This document shows positions 8,038-16,918 of a stretch of DNA of 64,000 bases, in pieces. Source of the DNA: an uncultured virus (IMG/VR IMGVR_UViG_3300029787_000004). Lineage: Duplodnaviria > Heunggongvirae > Uroviricota > Caudoviricetes. The stretch lies in IMG/VR virus record IMGVR_UViG_3300029787_000004; one strand, 5' to 3'. Made by a program: the position numbers and the translations under genes. The notes beneath the pieces are model-generated. The model saw nothing but the letters and a program-made list of their open reading frames with translations, had not been told where the DNA came from and searched no databases. Numbering within the stretch: the first letter of the stretch is position 1; every line of letters starts with the position of its first letter.

Positions 8038-8598
8038 GAATATTGGTTAGACAATTTAAAGGATGAGTGCCCCGTCATGGTCACTAAACTCCCAAAAGAA
8101 ATAATGGAGGAGATTGATTCCTGGGTAAATTATTGTAGAGAGATCAAGAGTCATCCTCTATTCATGCTTAGAAATCATGAGAACTATGGTGTAAATTCTT
8201 ATCAACTCTCCATTCCTCCTAGGATGCTACAAGAGTCCTTCTGGTTGGCTCTCACTCTAAGGATGACTGCTGCTCTTTGTGGAGGATATCATAGAGACTA
8301 TAAAATTAGAACCTGGGATGGTCATTTTGATTGGTTTGATGTTTGGTTAAATTTTTCATATAAAGGTGACCATAGTCCTCAACATCGACACTCCGGTAGT
8401 CTATCTGGTGTGATATACTGTGAGAATCCTGATCTACATCCAATTCATTTTCCTGAATATAATGTAGAATTTTCAGGAGAACGAGGAAATATGATTTTAT
8501 TTCCTAGTGAAGTTGAGCATGAGGTCAAAGAGCAATTGACTAACAATGAACGTGTCACGATTGCTTTCAATATTATTCATAAAAATGATGCCAATTGA
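8035..8598 (+). CDS. 2OG-Fe(II) oxygenase (TIGR02466-like)
   Basis: WLN...HRH...LSGVIY...FPS...HEV...RVTIAFN. Confidence 0.85.
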   Translation: MEYWLDNLKDECPVMVTKLPKEIMEEIDSWVNYCREIKSHPLFMLRNHENYGVNSYQLSIPPRMLQESFWLALTLRMTAALCGGYHRDYKIRTWDGHFDWFDVWLNFSYKGDHSPQHRHSGSLSGVIYCENPDLHPIHFPEYNVEFSGERGNMILFPSEVEHEVKEQLTNNERVTIAFNIIHKNDAN

Positions 8599-9175
8599 AT
8601 GTTATAAGACATATCTTGCGATGAAGCAGCACTTCACCAAAGATAGTTACGACTACCTCAAATACTGTGGTAGAGTGAAAGCATCTAGTAATGCCTTTAA
8701 TAAAAGAAAGGATAGATATTTCTTCGAGAAAATGTCCAGGCAGAAAAATGATAAAGAAATCGAGCAGTTCTTTGTAGCAAACTTTGCTAGTTGTGATGAT
8801 CCTCAAAGTCTTTATATGGCAGACATTGTTAAGAACGGAGAGAAAGTATATGTTGCTTGGCAGAAGAAAAATCAATCACTCTCTTATATGTTTAGGGGTG
8901 AGATAGAAGAGGTCTTTGGTGACAAGACCTTTGATGACATGTTTTCTATGAAAGAAAACAGTCACCCACAATTAGTCAAAGAATTTTTGAAAGGAAACAT
9001 ATCAATTGAATCATTGATTGTTTTGGATAAGATACTTGGATACAAATCTAAGTTCGATAAGAACATGTCAGACCCTGTGTGGAAACTGATATCCTACCGT
9101 ATACACAAGTATTCTCCCTTTCTAAATATTGACGTATTTCGTTTCAAAAAAATTTTAAAGGAGATTATCCTATGA
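8585..9175 (+). CDS. gp59: Helicase loader
   Basis: YLAMKQHF...YDY.KY.G...KRKDRYFFEK. Confidence 0.92.
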   Translation: MMPIECYKTYLAMKQHFTKDSYDYLKYCGRVKASSNAFNKRKDRYFFEKMSRQKNDKEIEQFFVANFASCDDPQSLYMADIVKNGEKVYVAWQKKNQSLSYMFRGEIEEVFGDKTFDDMFSMKENSHPQLVKEFLKGNISIESLIVLDKILGYKSKFDKNMSDPVWKLISYRIHKYSPFLNIDVFRFKKILKEIIL

Positions 9176-9510
9176 GCTTCTTCGATTCCGAAGTAGTAAG
9201 AGCAGAGATGGCAGAGATCCAAGAACTTCAAGAAGAAGTTTATACAAAGGTCTTTGACTTCCCTTCGATGGATAAAGAAGATAAGATTGGGCATGTTAAA
9301 ATGCTTGAACAACTTCTAGAAAAGCAACGTGTTCTTTATACACGTCTTTCACTCTCCGATGATCCTGAGGCAAAGTTGATGAAGGAGAACATCGTCAAAT
9401 CTGCAAAGATGATGGGGATGCCCGATAACATTGACATGAGTATCGTTTTCGCCAATATGGAAAAGATGCTTAAAACCATGCGCCAACAGGTTGACAGAGA
9501 CCTACCTTAG
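9172..9510 (+). CDS. DUF1825-like protein
   Basis: FFDSEVV...RLSLSDDPEA. Confidence 0.75.
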   Translation: MSFFDSEVVRAEMAEIQELQEEVYTKVFDFPSMDKEDKIGHVKMLEQLLEKQRVLYTRLSLSDDPEAKLMKENIVKSAKMMGMPDNIDMSIVFANMEKMLKTMRQQVDRDLP

Positions 9511-9520
9511 GTCCTATAAT
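9491..9520 (+). promoter_or_regulatory. Sigma70-type promoter for gp32
   Basis: TTGACA-N18-TATAAT. Confidence 0.8.
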
Positions 9521-9558
9521 ATCGAAGTACACACAAGCCAAACTACAAGCCAAATCTA

Positions 9559-10467
9559 ATGTCTTTTTCTGATCTAAAAAAACAGTCCCGTCTGGGATCT
9601 CTTACTTCTAAGCTAGTTGCTGAGGTAGAGAAGACCAATGTTAAGAGCAACGGTTCCGACGAGAGACTGTGGAAACCATCACTCGATAAGAGTGGTAATG
9701 GTTATGCCGTAATTCGTTTTCTACCTGCACCTGAGAGTGAGGATATTCCCTGGGCAAAGGTGTACAGCCATGCTTTCCAAGGTCCTGGTGGATGGTACAT
9801 TGAGAACTCTCTGACTACTATTGGTCAGAAGGATCCTGTATCTGAGCACAATCGTGACCTCTGGAACAGTGGTAATGAAGCGGACAAAGATACTGTCCGT
9901 AAGCAGAAACGTAAGTTGTCCTATTACAGCAACATCTATGTTGTTAAGGATTCAACTAACCCCGAAAACGAAGGAAGAGTATTTTTATTCAAATATGGCA
10001 AGAAAATCCATGACAAGATCCTTGCTGCTATGCAGCCCGAATTTGAGGACGAAACTCCTATCAATCCCTTTGATTTCTGGGAAGGTGCGGACTTCAAACT
10101 CAAAATTCGCAAGTTGGATGGTTACTGGAATTATGACAAGTCAGAGTTTGATTCTGTTGCACCTCTCCTTGATGACGATGATGCACTTGAAGCAATCTGG
10201 AAGAAGCAATACTCCTTAGCAGAGTTTACCTCTCCTGCAAGTTTTAAATCCTATGAGGATCTGGAACGTCGCTTGAATCAAGTCCTACGAGTTCAACAAC
10301 GTCGTGTTGTTGCTGATGAGTCTTATGAAGATGAATCAGAAGGTCGCGGTAGGATTGCTGATGACTTTAATTCCTCTGACATCACCCCATCTGCTCCCGT
10401 TGTGGAGTCAAAGAATGAGGATGAAGATGATGCCCTGAGTTACTTTCAGAAACTCGCTGAGGCATAA
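9559..10467 (+). CDS. gp32: ssDNA-binding protein
   Basis: GNGYAVIRFLP, WYIENS, NYDKSEF, acidic C-terminus. Confidence 0.97.
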   Translation: MSFSDLKKQSRLGSLTSKLVAEVEKTNVKSNGSDERLWKPSLDKSGNGYAVIRFLPAPESEDIPWAKVYSHAFQGPGGWYIENSLTTIGQKDPVSEHNRDLWNSGNEADKDTVRKQKRKLSYYSNIYVVKDSTNPENEGRVFLFKYGKKIHDKILAAMQPEFEDETPINPFDFWEGADFKLKIRKLDGYWNYDKSEFDSVAPLLDDDDALEAIWKKQYSLAEFTSPASFKSYEDLERRLNQVLRVQQRRVVADESYEDESEGRGRIADDFNSSDITPSAPVVESKNEDEDDALSYFQKLAEA

Positions 10468-11127
10468 TTAACCGATGTTGATATTGTCAGCTTTCTTTAA
10501 TTTATCGTTGATATATTGAGAAGATTGAGAGTAAGTCATTACTCTCTCGATGTCATCTAATACTATACCCAAGAAGGCAGGTCTCAAAATGTAGATCTGC
10601 CTTCTTTCATTTTGTAGATTTGTCTCAAATTGTTCATTTGTAATACCATCTGTAATTCCTGACGCAATGACTTCTTTCCCCATTGCCACATCTCTGTAAG
10701 TAACAGTGAAGTCCTCATCAACTTGCAATCCTGCTGGAACAATTACATTGTCTGCTTGATCTCTAACTTCTTCTGTTTCATAGTGATGAATACTACTATA
10801 TGCAGAGATACTACCATACTTATCAATCAAATGATTCTTAAATGAAACATTTGTGAGTGGCCATTCTTCTCTCACATTAATAATATTGTTAATGTATAAT
10901 ATCACCCAATCTAGATCAGCATCTTTATAAAATTTCTGCGCCACGTTGTCTGGTCTTTCATCACCTTTAATTGTATATCGTGTGAAAGCAGTGAAGTTCT
11001 GAAAGAAATCCTCTCTTACCTTTGCTCTCTTAAAAATATTTTTTACTTCAATGTAATCAGAACTAGAAACTTTTTCATCTAGTCTTGAAACGTAATTGAA
11101 GTTGGGTAGTTGTCTGAAATAACCCAT
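10468..11127 (-). CDS. gp53: Baseplate wedge subunit
   Basis: YF..LP, ERPDNVA..FY...LDWVIL..N, HHYE. Confidence 0.9.
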   Translation of the reverse strand: MGYFRQLPNFNYVSRLDEKVSSSDYIEVKNIFKRAKVREDFFQNFTAFTRYTIKGDERPDNVAQKFYKDADLDWVILYINNIINVREEWPLTNVSFKNHLIDKYGSISAYSSIHHYETEEVRDQADNVIVPAGLQVDEDFTVTYRDVAMGKEVIASGITDGITNEQFETNLQNERRQIYILRPAFLGIVLDDIERVMTYSQSSQYINDKLKKADNINIG

Positions 11128-12446
11128 TAGAATCCTGTGCCCTCAGCGCCCTCGTCGTTCTCATAATCTATATCGTATATAGGTTCCATCTCACTGAACG
11201 AAAATTGTAAACTGTATGCCACAGGAGAACCATCTTCATATGTCATGTATGCACCATCAGGTGTGAAGTTTACGCCAAGACCAGTGAGCGCACACGGTTT
11301 GATTTTGTTTAAGAATGGATGGTTCTGACCTTTGTGTATAAAATTAATAAGGAATACATTTGGTGTATATAAGAAGAGAGCACCACCTTTTATCTTAGGT
11401 GCCATTGCCTTCTTAAACATTCTAATAATCTGCTTACAACTCTGTGCTTCTGCTTTGTCTCTGGGAGTCAACTTGTAGTCAAAACTGAACGTTCGTAACT
11501 GAGGACCTTTGAACAAAAGTTCCATGTTACTATTCAGAACTGCACCTGTTGTTCTGGTGAGAAGGTTACCACCACCAACAATATCCTGAGCAATTTTTGC
11601 TCTGAGTGTTTTCTTTGCTTCACTTGCGTTGGCACCTAAGGCACCCATTGCATTATTAACAGCACCACCTACATCACCTGAAATAGCATTTTGAACTATA
11701 TCTCCTAAACCTGCTTGGAATGCATTCATATTGTCGTCTGAGAAATTCACATTATTCTGTGAAGAAATATTCAGTGGCATGGGTAGGATGACTGATCCCA
11801 CTGGACTTTGATTTTTTAATCTTCCTGATGGTCTTCCACCACCACCTGTTGAAATTATACTTTTTAACCCTTCCTCTCCTCCGGGGACATATTCAACGAT
11901 ACTAAACTGAACAAAGTCGTAGTTACCATCAATTTGACTTGCTGGATACCTTACTGTTGCCCCGTCAAGATCTTGAACCTCAGGGGGTTTTTGTACTACT
12001 GGTGCTGCTGGTGATGGTGCAGCAGTATCACTTTCCTGATCACTACCGGTTGATGGTGCTGGTGTCGTATCAATGTCTGGTTCTGCTGGTGTCGTTACAC
12101 CTTTAATGTCGAGTTTATCACCATATCCCATGTCTCTCAGATTTAATTTCTGAGTAGTTGATGCGTTGTTGTTGAGTATTGCTTTATTTTCGTTCTCTAC
12201 TGCACCTTTTACTTTTGATTGTAAATCTTTATTTAAATTTCTACTTCTGCTTCCTGAAAGACCAAGTAATTCTTTTTGTGCTGTTGAATCTCCACCGGAA
12301 AAATTTATATTACCACCAGAAGCAGAGTCTCCGGATCCAATTATTCTACCTTTACTATCCTTTACCGTATAGGCACCATTTTCCAACTCCGTCTCAACAG
12401 TTACTGATTTCCCATTGATGTTTAACTTGGAACTTTTCTTTGCCAC
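11127..12446 (-). CDS. gp48: Baseplate tail-tube cap
   Basis: N.ELLFKGPQLRTFSF...P...EA; ATAAATA on the minus strand at 12462-12468. Confidence 0.88.
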   Translation of the reverse strand: MAKKSSKLNINGKSVTVETELENGAYTVKDSKGRIIGSGDSASGGNINFSGGDSTAQKELLGLSGSRSRNLNKDLQSKVKGAVENENKAILNNNASTTQKLNLRDMGYGDKLDIKGVTTPAEPDIDTTPAPSTGSDQESDTAAPSPAAPVVQKPPEVQDLDGATVRYPASQIDGNYDFVQFSIVEYVPGGEEGLKSIISTGGGGRPSGRLKNQSPVGSVILPMPLNISSQNNVNFSDDNMNAFQAGLGDIVQNAISGDVGGAVNNAMGALGANASEAKKTLRAKIAQDIVGGGNLLTRTTGAVLNSNMELLFKGPQLRTFSFDYKLTPRDKAEAQSCKQIIRMFKKAMAPKIKGGALFLYTPNVFLINFIHKGQNHPFLNKIKPCALTGLGVNFTPDGAYMTYEDGSPVAYSLQFSFSEMEPIYDIDYENDEGAEGTGF

Positions 12447-12464
12447 AACAATCTTTTTAGTTAT

Positions 12465-12821
12465 TTATCCACTGACGCGGAGTTTCTTATATGGTATGGT
12501 GCGAAGAGTTGCGAACTCTTCTGCGTTCACTCTATACATGGCTCCAATAATTTCTGGAAACGTATAGTTTCTCACCATGTTCCAGTGATAATTAAATCCT
12601 TTGAATCCCCAACTTGTAATGTCAACTACTTGCACTAAGGGATGTTCATCATACAATAACTCTGGCGTCTTTGCCTGATAGATGAAAGTATAGTATGCTC
12701 CTATGCTATCAGGTGCATATTCAGTATTATCCAAAGTGTCCATGATATCCATCATCAAATCATCTGGACTTTTCATTCCACTCTTGTCTAAAATTTTAGA
12801 TAGGTTAGATAGGCGGTTCAT
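12465..12821 (-). CDS. gp2: DNA end protector-like protein (short)
   Basis: YTFIY.AKT...YDEHPLV...GF.G.NYH; synteny with gp4. Confidence 0.7.
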   Translation of the reverse strand: MNRLSNLSKILDKSGMKSPDDLMMDIMDTLDNTEYAPDSIGAYYTFIYQAKTPELLYDEHPLVQVVDITSWGFKGFNYHWNMVRNYTFPEIIGAMYRVNAEEFATLRTIPYKKLRVSG

Positions 12822-13243
12822 AAACCTAATTCTTTTTCGGTGATGATTTTGAACTCATACTTACGATCATCACAAAATTCTTGTGCTGCCTTCCACTTTG
12901 CTTCATTGACAGCATATGTTTTCATCTCACTGAGATATCTTTTCGACCTTTTTTTGGGCGGTACAGTCTGTTTAAGCGGTTTAACTTCGATAACGTACCT
13001 CTTAATCCCTCCGTTTCTGGTTCTTGTTCTGACATAGAAGTCGGGAAAATAGCGGTGAATCCTACGATCAACAGGACTAATGTACGGGATTGCAATTTCT
13101 TCACTTCCCCATTCAAGTATATTATTGTTCTTATCACACCAGTTCATGAACTTTAATTCCCAGAGAGATCGATAAATAATCTTAGTGGGGTCACCTTTAT
13201 ATTTCAAGTAGTTGCTTGGTCTAAATTTGCCCTTATAGCTCAT
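12818..13243 (-). CDS. gp4: Head completion nuclease
   Basis: YKG...YRSLWE...WGSE...YFPDF...IEVKP. Confidence 0.95.
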   Translation of the reverse strand: MSYKGKFRPSNYLKYKGDPTKIIYRSLWELKFMNWCDKNNNILEWGSEEIAIPYISPVDRRIHRYFPDFYVRTRTRNGGIKRYVIEVKPLKQTVPPKKRSKRYLSEMKTYAVNEAKWKAAQEFCDDRKYEFKIITEKELGL

Positions 13244-13272
13244 ACATAGTATAGTAGGACTAAGGTATTTAG

Positions 13273-13932
13273 ATGTCAGGTGCAGTTCCGTTTAGAAATC
13301 TAAGCACAAGCGACTTCCTTAAACGTTTTGGTCACCTGGCGCAGACCAGTCAGTTTCGTGCTGTGTTGCAGGTGGGAACTCTACCATTTACTAAGGATTT
13401 TAATCCTCAGGGTGGTAGATTCTATGATGATCTTAGTTTCTTGTGCAATTCTACAACTCTTCCCGGTTCTAGTTTCTCAACTACTGAAAACTTACAGGAT
13501 TATTATGGTATCAATCAAAAGTTTGCATATCGTAGAGACTTTGATGATCTAACTTTGGATTTTTATGTTGATGCGAAGTATCAAACTTTAAAATTCTTTG
13601 AGCAATGGATGGATTATATTTCTAGCACAGATGATTCATATACTGTCCAAACAAATGCCGGTCCAGAGTCTGATGCTGCATTTTATAGATTTAGATATCC
13701 AAAAGAACTATTAGGATATAAGTGTAGGATTGATCTACACAAGTTTGATAAAGACTATGATAGAACTAGAAATGATATGCTTTATACATTCGTTAATGCA
13801 TTCCCAATCAGCATCAGTTCTATTCCAGTATCTTATGATGGAAGTGACTTACTAAAATGTAGTGTTACCTTTACGTTCGATAGATACTTTGCAAATACTT
13901 CAACTAACATCATTCAGAGAAACGCCCTCTAA
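13273..13932 (+). CDS. Tail-tube-fold baseplate protein (gp54/gp19-like)
   Basis: LPG...LTLDFYVD...FFEQW...AFPISI...VTFTF. Confidence 0.75.
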   Translation: MSGAVPFRNLSTSDFLKRFGHLAQTSQFRAVLQVGTLPFTKDFNPQGGRFYDDLSFLCNSTTLPGSSFSTTENLQDYYGINQKFAYRRDFDDLTLDFYVDAKYQTLKFFEQWMDYISSTDDSYTVQTNAGPESDAAFYRFRYPKELLGYKCRIDLHKFDKDYDRTRNDMLYTFVNAFPISISSIPVSYDGSDLLKCSVTFTFDRYFANTSTNIIQRNAL

Positions 13933-13960
13933 ATAATCACACTGAATTGTATAAGACATT

Positions 13961-14680
13961 ATGCCATTACCAAAGATTGCGACACCATATTATGATCTTG
14001 AACTACCCTCTTCTGGGGACAGCATTGAATATAGACCTTTCCTTGTAAAAGAAGAAAAACTTCTAGTCTTGGCTATGGAGAGTCAAGATCAAAAACAGAT
14101 TACCAAAGCAATCAAAGAAGTTATTAGGTCATGTATTCGCGGAGATATTAAAGTAGAATCTCTGCCTACATTTGATATTGAATACCTCTTTCTTAACATT
14201 CGTGGTAAGTCTGTTGGTGAAGAGATTGAACTCAAAATTATTGCACCAGATGATGGTGTGACAGAGATTGATGTTACCATTAACATCGACGATATCAAAG
14301 TCATTAAAGATGACGACCATAATAGAGATGTAGATCTTGGTGGTGGACTCGCATTGAGATTAAAATATCCTTCCCTCGAAGAGTTTATTACAGACAACTT
14401 TGACTTTGATGAGAATTCTTCTAATGTTGAGAAAACATTTGATCTGATTGGTTCTTGTATTGAAACCATTTACAATGAAGAGGAGGCATGGCCTGCTGCT
14501 GATTGTAGCAAGAAAGAGATCAAAGAATTTGTTGATCAACTGAATACCAAACAGTTTCAGGACATTGAGAAGTTTTTCTCTACCATGCCTAAGTTATCAC
14601 ACACTGTTAAGGTAAAGAATCCTAAGACTAAGAAGTCTAGTGAAGTTTTATTGGAGGGATTATCTAGTTTTTTCGCGTAG
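13961..14680 (+). CDS. gp26: Baseplate hub assembly protein
   Basis: MPLPK, YRPFLVKEEK, FDIEYLFL.IRGKSVGE; CTAAATA at 13929. Confidence 0.93.
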   Translation: MPLPKIATPYYDLELPSSGDSIEYRPFLVKEEKLLVLAMESQDQKQITKAIKEVIRSCIRGDIKVESLPTFDIEYLFLNIRGKSVGEEIELKIIAPDDGVTEIDVTINIDDIKVIKDDDHNRDVDLGGGLALRLKYPSLEEFITDNFDFDENSSNVEKTFDLIGSCIETIYNEEEAWPAADCSKKEIKEFVDQLNTKQFQDIEKFFSTMPKLSHTVKVKNPKTKKSSEVLLEGLSSFFA

Positions 14681-14691
14681 CCCTTTCCCAC

Positions 14692-14862
14692 ATGAATTTG
14701 GAGGCATATTTCAGAATTAATTTTGCCCTCATGCAGCATCATAAATATAGCTTGACAGAGATTGAAAATATGATGCCCTGGGAACGGGATGTATACGTTG
14801 AACTTTTAAAACAGCATGTTGAAGAACAAAAGTTAGAGCAAGAGAAACAACGTAATGCTTAG
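14692..14862 (+). CDS. gp51: Baseplate hub assembly catalyst (56 aa; absent from the ORF track)
   Basis: NFALMQHHKYSLTEIENMMPWERDVY. Confidence 0.9.
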   Translation: MNLEAYFRINFALMQHHKYSLTEIENMMPWERDVYVELLKQHVEEQKLEQEKQRNA

Positions 14863-16918
14863 TCTACCACCATCAGGAGGAACTGGTAATAAGATTGTCC
14901 CCGCCAAACTATTTGGCGAGGATAGATATGACAAAATTTACCAGGAACTCATCTCTGATGGTAGGATAGAAGGTGAGAACCTGACACCAGATGAAAGAAA
15001 GGAAGGTGTGAAGGCATACAGAAGAAGTAAGATAGATTTTGAGAAGTTTGTAAATAAAGTTAATACAATTAAAGCAGAAGTTTCTGCGTCAAAACCAGCA
15101 ACACCGCTCACTCCAAAATTAGCATTAGCACCTGCTGCTCCACCTGCTCCGCCTGAGACATCACCATCTCCCGATGTGGTTGAGGATGAAGACATTGGTG
15201 GAATAGATCAGAAATTGGATGATCTTCTCGATGAGATTCGCACTCAAACTGAGATTGAAGAGAAGCAAGGGGAGAGAGAACGAAAGGATAAGGAAAAAGA
15301 AAAGAGAAGTAAGAAAGAAAATAAACTTGAATCGGCAAAGAAATTCTTACTGAAACCAATTACAAAGGCATTGGCACCTGTCAATGATCTTTTCAATAAG
15401 ATTCTTGGTGGACTGTTTAAGATTCTTGCTGCAAAAGCACTGATTAAACTGATTGATTGGTTTACAGATCCAGAAAACAAAGAGAAGATCGATTCAATCG
15501 GTAGGTTTATTAAGGATTTCTGGCCTGCTATTGTTGCTGGATTTCTCTTATTTGGAACGGGTCTTGGTGGTTTAGCGAAACTTCTTATTGGAACTGGTGC
15601 TAAACTAATTGGATCACTATTAAAACTTGCTATCGGTCTAGGAAAAATTACTGCAAAACTAGCAGCGAAAGCAGCAAAGGGTGCTCTTAGACTTGGTAAA
15701 GGTGCTCTTGGTTTAGTGAAAGCTAATCCATTAGCAGCGACTGCTATTCTTGGAACTGCCGCAGCTGGTGTTGCGCTTTATGGTGCAGGAAAAATGTTAG
15801 GAAAAGATAAGGTAGTAGAAAATGAAACTCAAAGACAAGATGCTACTCGTAAGGGATTGAATGCAGCACCTAGCACTAAGGATTTGAGTGCTGGTGATAA
15901 AGAAGCAATGGTCCAGGGCACTAGATTAAGAGATGCAGGTGGACCTGGATCATTAAATGATATGCCAAATATGTTTACCAACCCACTTGGAATTAGTGGT
16001 GGTGGCATGGCACAAGGAACTGATGTTGTTCCTGCTATGTTGACACCGGGTGAATTTATTATGAGTAAAGGTGCAGTGCAGAAGTATGGAACTGATACTC
16101 TTGAATCAATGAACGCTGCTGGTGGCGGCACAAACAAACCTAAGCAGTTGGGTGGCACAACATATGCTGCTGGTGGTGGTAAGATAGATGTAAAGGGAAC
16201 TGGAAACTCTGTCGAAGGAACGTTGAAAATGACAGATGCCAGTGGTAAGCAAGTCGGTAAGACTTATGGTGTCATTAGTGGCACCTATGCTGGCATGAAC
16301 GTACCACAGAATGCCAGATCTACTACTAGAAATGCTCCTATTCCTGATGGTAGTTATAAATTAGTTGGATTTGAGAATCATGGTCCTTATCCTGGACTGG
16401 CTGGTATTGGTGATTGGAGTACATATATTGCAAACAGTAGTGGATCTATTGGTAGTCGTAGTGGATTAATGTTGCATAGTGATATTGGAAGTAACGGAAC
16501 TCTTGGTTGTATTGGTGTTGAACTTGGTGGTAAGGCAGGAACAAAGGCAGAACAGGAGTTCTTAAAAACATACGAAGCAATCAATCCACAGTCTATTAAG
16601 ATTGCATTAGGTGGAGGTGGTGGTGATGCTTCTGAGATTGCATCTGTTGATAGAACTGCATCACCTGATAACTCATCTAGGTTAGCAGCACTACAACCAG
16701 CACAATCAGGATCTCCTAGGGTATCCCCTGGTGCTATCACTCCCCCATCCACAGGGGGTGGTAAAGTAGCACCAGGATCTCAGAGTATCGTTCCCATTCC
16801 TACTGGTGGTGGTGCTAAGAAAGGTGCCAGATCAGATGTGCCAACTCTTGGTAGCGTTGATCCATTGAACATTGCTCATCTTGTGATGCGATCGATGTAT
16901 AATCTGGGTGGTGCATGA
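14855..16918 (+). CDS. Tape-measure/hub-like virion protein with L,D-transpeptidase-like (YkuD/Tlde1-type) domain
   Basis: Coiled-coil and hydrophobic helices; TDVVPAMLTPGEF; LHSDIGSNGTLGCI catalytic-like His/Cys. Confidence 0.7.
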   Translation: MLSLPPSGGTGNKIVPAKLFGEDRYDKIYQELISDGRIEGENLTPDERKEGVKAYRRSKIDFEKFVNKVNTIKAEVSASKPATPLTPKLALAPAAPPAPPETSPSPDVVEDEDIGGIDQKLDDLLDEIRTQTEIEEKQGERERKDKEKEKRSKKENKLESAKKFLLKPITKALAPVNDLFNKILGGLFKILAAKALIKLIDWFTDPENKEKIDSIGRFIKDFWPAIVAGFLLFGTGLGGLAKLLIGTGAKLIGSLLKLAIGLGKITAKLAAKAAKGALRLGKGALGLVKANPLAATAILGTAAAGVALYGAGKMLGKDKVVENETQRQDATRKGLNAAPSTKDLSAGDKEAMVQGTRLRDAGGPGSLNDMPNMFTNPLGISGGGMAQGTDVVPAMLTPGEFIMSKGAVQKYGTDTLESMNAAGGGTNKPKQLGGTTYAAGGGKIDVKGTGNSVEGTLKMTDASGKQVGKTYGVISGTYAGMNVPQNARSTTRNAPIPDGSYKLVGFENHGPYPGLAGIGDWSTYIANSSGSIGSRSGLMLHSDIGSNGTLGCIGVELGGKAGTKAEQEFLKTYEAINPQSIKIALGGGGGDASEIASVDRTASPDNSSRLAALQPAQSGSPRVSPGAITPPSTGGGKVAPGSQSIVPIPTGGGAKKGARSDVPTLGSVDPLNIAHLVMRSMYNLGGA

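Noticed and set aside
10468..13243. Minus-strand gp53-gp48-gp2-gp4 block as an invertible segment
   Set aside because: No flanking inverted repeats or recombinase; this orientation is typical for this phage group
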